From Eledone cirrhosa (taxonomy: Eukaryota), in assembly GCA_964016885.1 (NCBI GenBank), contig OZ024745.1:95294001-95358000 (forward strand): a stretch of DNA of 64,000 bases. The letters are read 5' to 3'. The position numbers were made by a program, and so were the translations under genes. This document shows, in pieces, positions 62,734 through 64,000 of the stretch (position 1 is its first letter; each line of letters begins with the position of its first letter). Under the pieces are notes generated by a model, which made no database searches, had not been told where the DNA came from, and worked only from the letters and a program-made list of their open reading frames with translations.

Positions 62734-63856
62734 TATATATATTCCAACTCGTGCACTCCTTCTCCACATTTTATAATTATTATATATATATTTATATATT
62801 TATTTATTTTATGATGCGAAATTTAAATTGTGTGTAGGTATATTGGTAAAGAGATTAATAGCAATAGCTAAATTTTCAGATGAACAGAAAATTGACTAAT
62901 CATTTAGCATAGATATTGAATATTTACTTTCTTCTCAACTGTCTCTCCTTAACAAGCAATACAAATTCTATCAATGGAATTTCAACCACTTCACCTTTAG
63001 AATTAACATTTACAACCACTCCTCTGTATATGGAGAGAGTTCAATTTGTAGGCCTGCTTTCCCGTATCATAAATAGCAAATACAGTTATTCCACCCGCAT
63101 TCTAAATTTCTCTAATCAGTTAATGAACACCAGAATGTATAAATGAAAACAGACATGATTAATATGTTCTTCAAAAATCAAAATACTATTATGCATAACA
63201 TATCTTACTCAGCAGACTTTCCGAATATAAAAATCAAATAAAATTAAAAACTATTCCACCTAGTGCTTTTGTGTACGTACATGTGCGCATATATATATGT
63301 ACAGCAACACTCATCTTTTTCCATTTCTCCGAGGGTTATAAACCCCACTATCAGGCTAGAAATGTCTTTAGTGTAAAATACGGTGAAAGCTTATAATTTC
63401 TAATTTCTAATTTCAAACTCGCGCGCCGTTTCAAAAACATACTTACATGTTTACGTTTATAATTTGCTTGTTTATATATATATATATATATATCGGCGAA
63501 GGGTAACCTGGAAAGCAGGGCATGCAGTCCAATCGCCATGGCGGAAAGTGGGGCTGTGCAGCCTTACCCCCCCCCCCCCCCAATTCCCTCTAAATGATCC
63601 TCCCGGTCAAAGCCGCATGTAGTGTTATCTTGTGTGTGTTATCTTTTTATGTGTCTACGATTTAGTAAGCAGTCAAAATTCTGCTTGCCCCAAAGCTGTC
63701 GTGTGTTTGTGTGTATGTGTGTGTGTTATCTTTTTGTGTGTCTACGATTTAGTAAGCAGTCAAAATTCTGCTTGCTTCAACCGACGCAATTGATCAACTC
63801 AAGATTGTATAACGCATGCACGGACTCTTCGCCCCTGATATATATGTATGTATGTA

Positions 63857-63947
<91 letters not shown>

Positions 63948-64000
63948 ATAATAATAAATTTGAAGACTAAAATCCAAAGAGGGCTCGATAAGAATAAATA

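Noticed and set aside
63626-63776. Short direct duplication and nearby possible MITE (63537-63620)
   Set aside because: No clear TIR or TSD. It looks like an ordinary local duplication.

Overview
AT-rich, microsatellite-dense eukaryotic (animal) DNA. The repeat style suggests a mollusc, probably an octopus, but this is inference. The only host gene I can support is the last three coding exons (15485-15583, 30566-30674, 33239-33342, + strand) of a class A, neuropeptide-type GPCR. Almost everything else is mobile DNA: (1) a near-intact Neptune-type Penelope-like element (PLE) with an inverted partial copy, an upstream ORF joined to the RT-GIY-YIG ORF by an in-phase T_TTT_TTA slippery site, and a hammerhead ribozyme; (2) four Tx1/L1-clade insertions from two families, all in the same orientation inside one (GATA)n microsatellite in the GPCR intron; (3) about ten intact type I hammerhead motifs in several PLE- or retrozyme-like non-autonomous elements, one family showing compensatory changes; (4) a short RTE-derived element flanked by (TACA)n with a structured 5' leader; (5) a GC-rich CRE-clade element with a PHD finger; (6) R4-like, CR1-like, mariner, hAT-MITE and Helitron relics; (7) about 14 copies of a tRNA-derived SINE; (8) minisatellites, a 400-bp palindrome and a 200-N gap. 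All alignments and folds were done by eye, so coordinates of degenerate relics are approximate.
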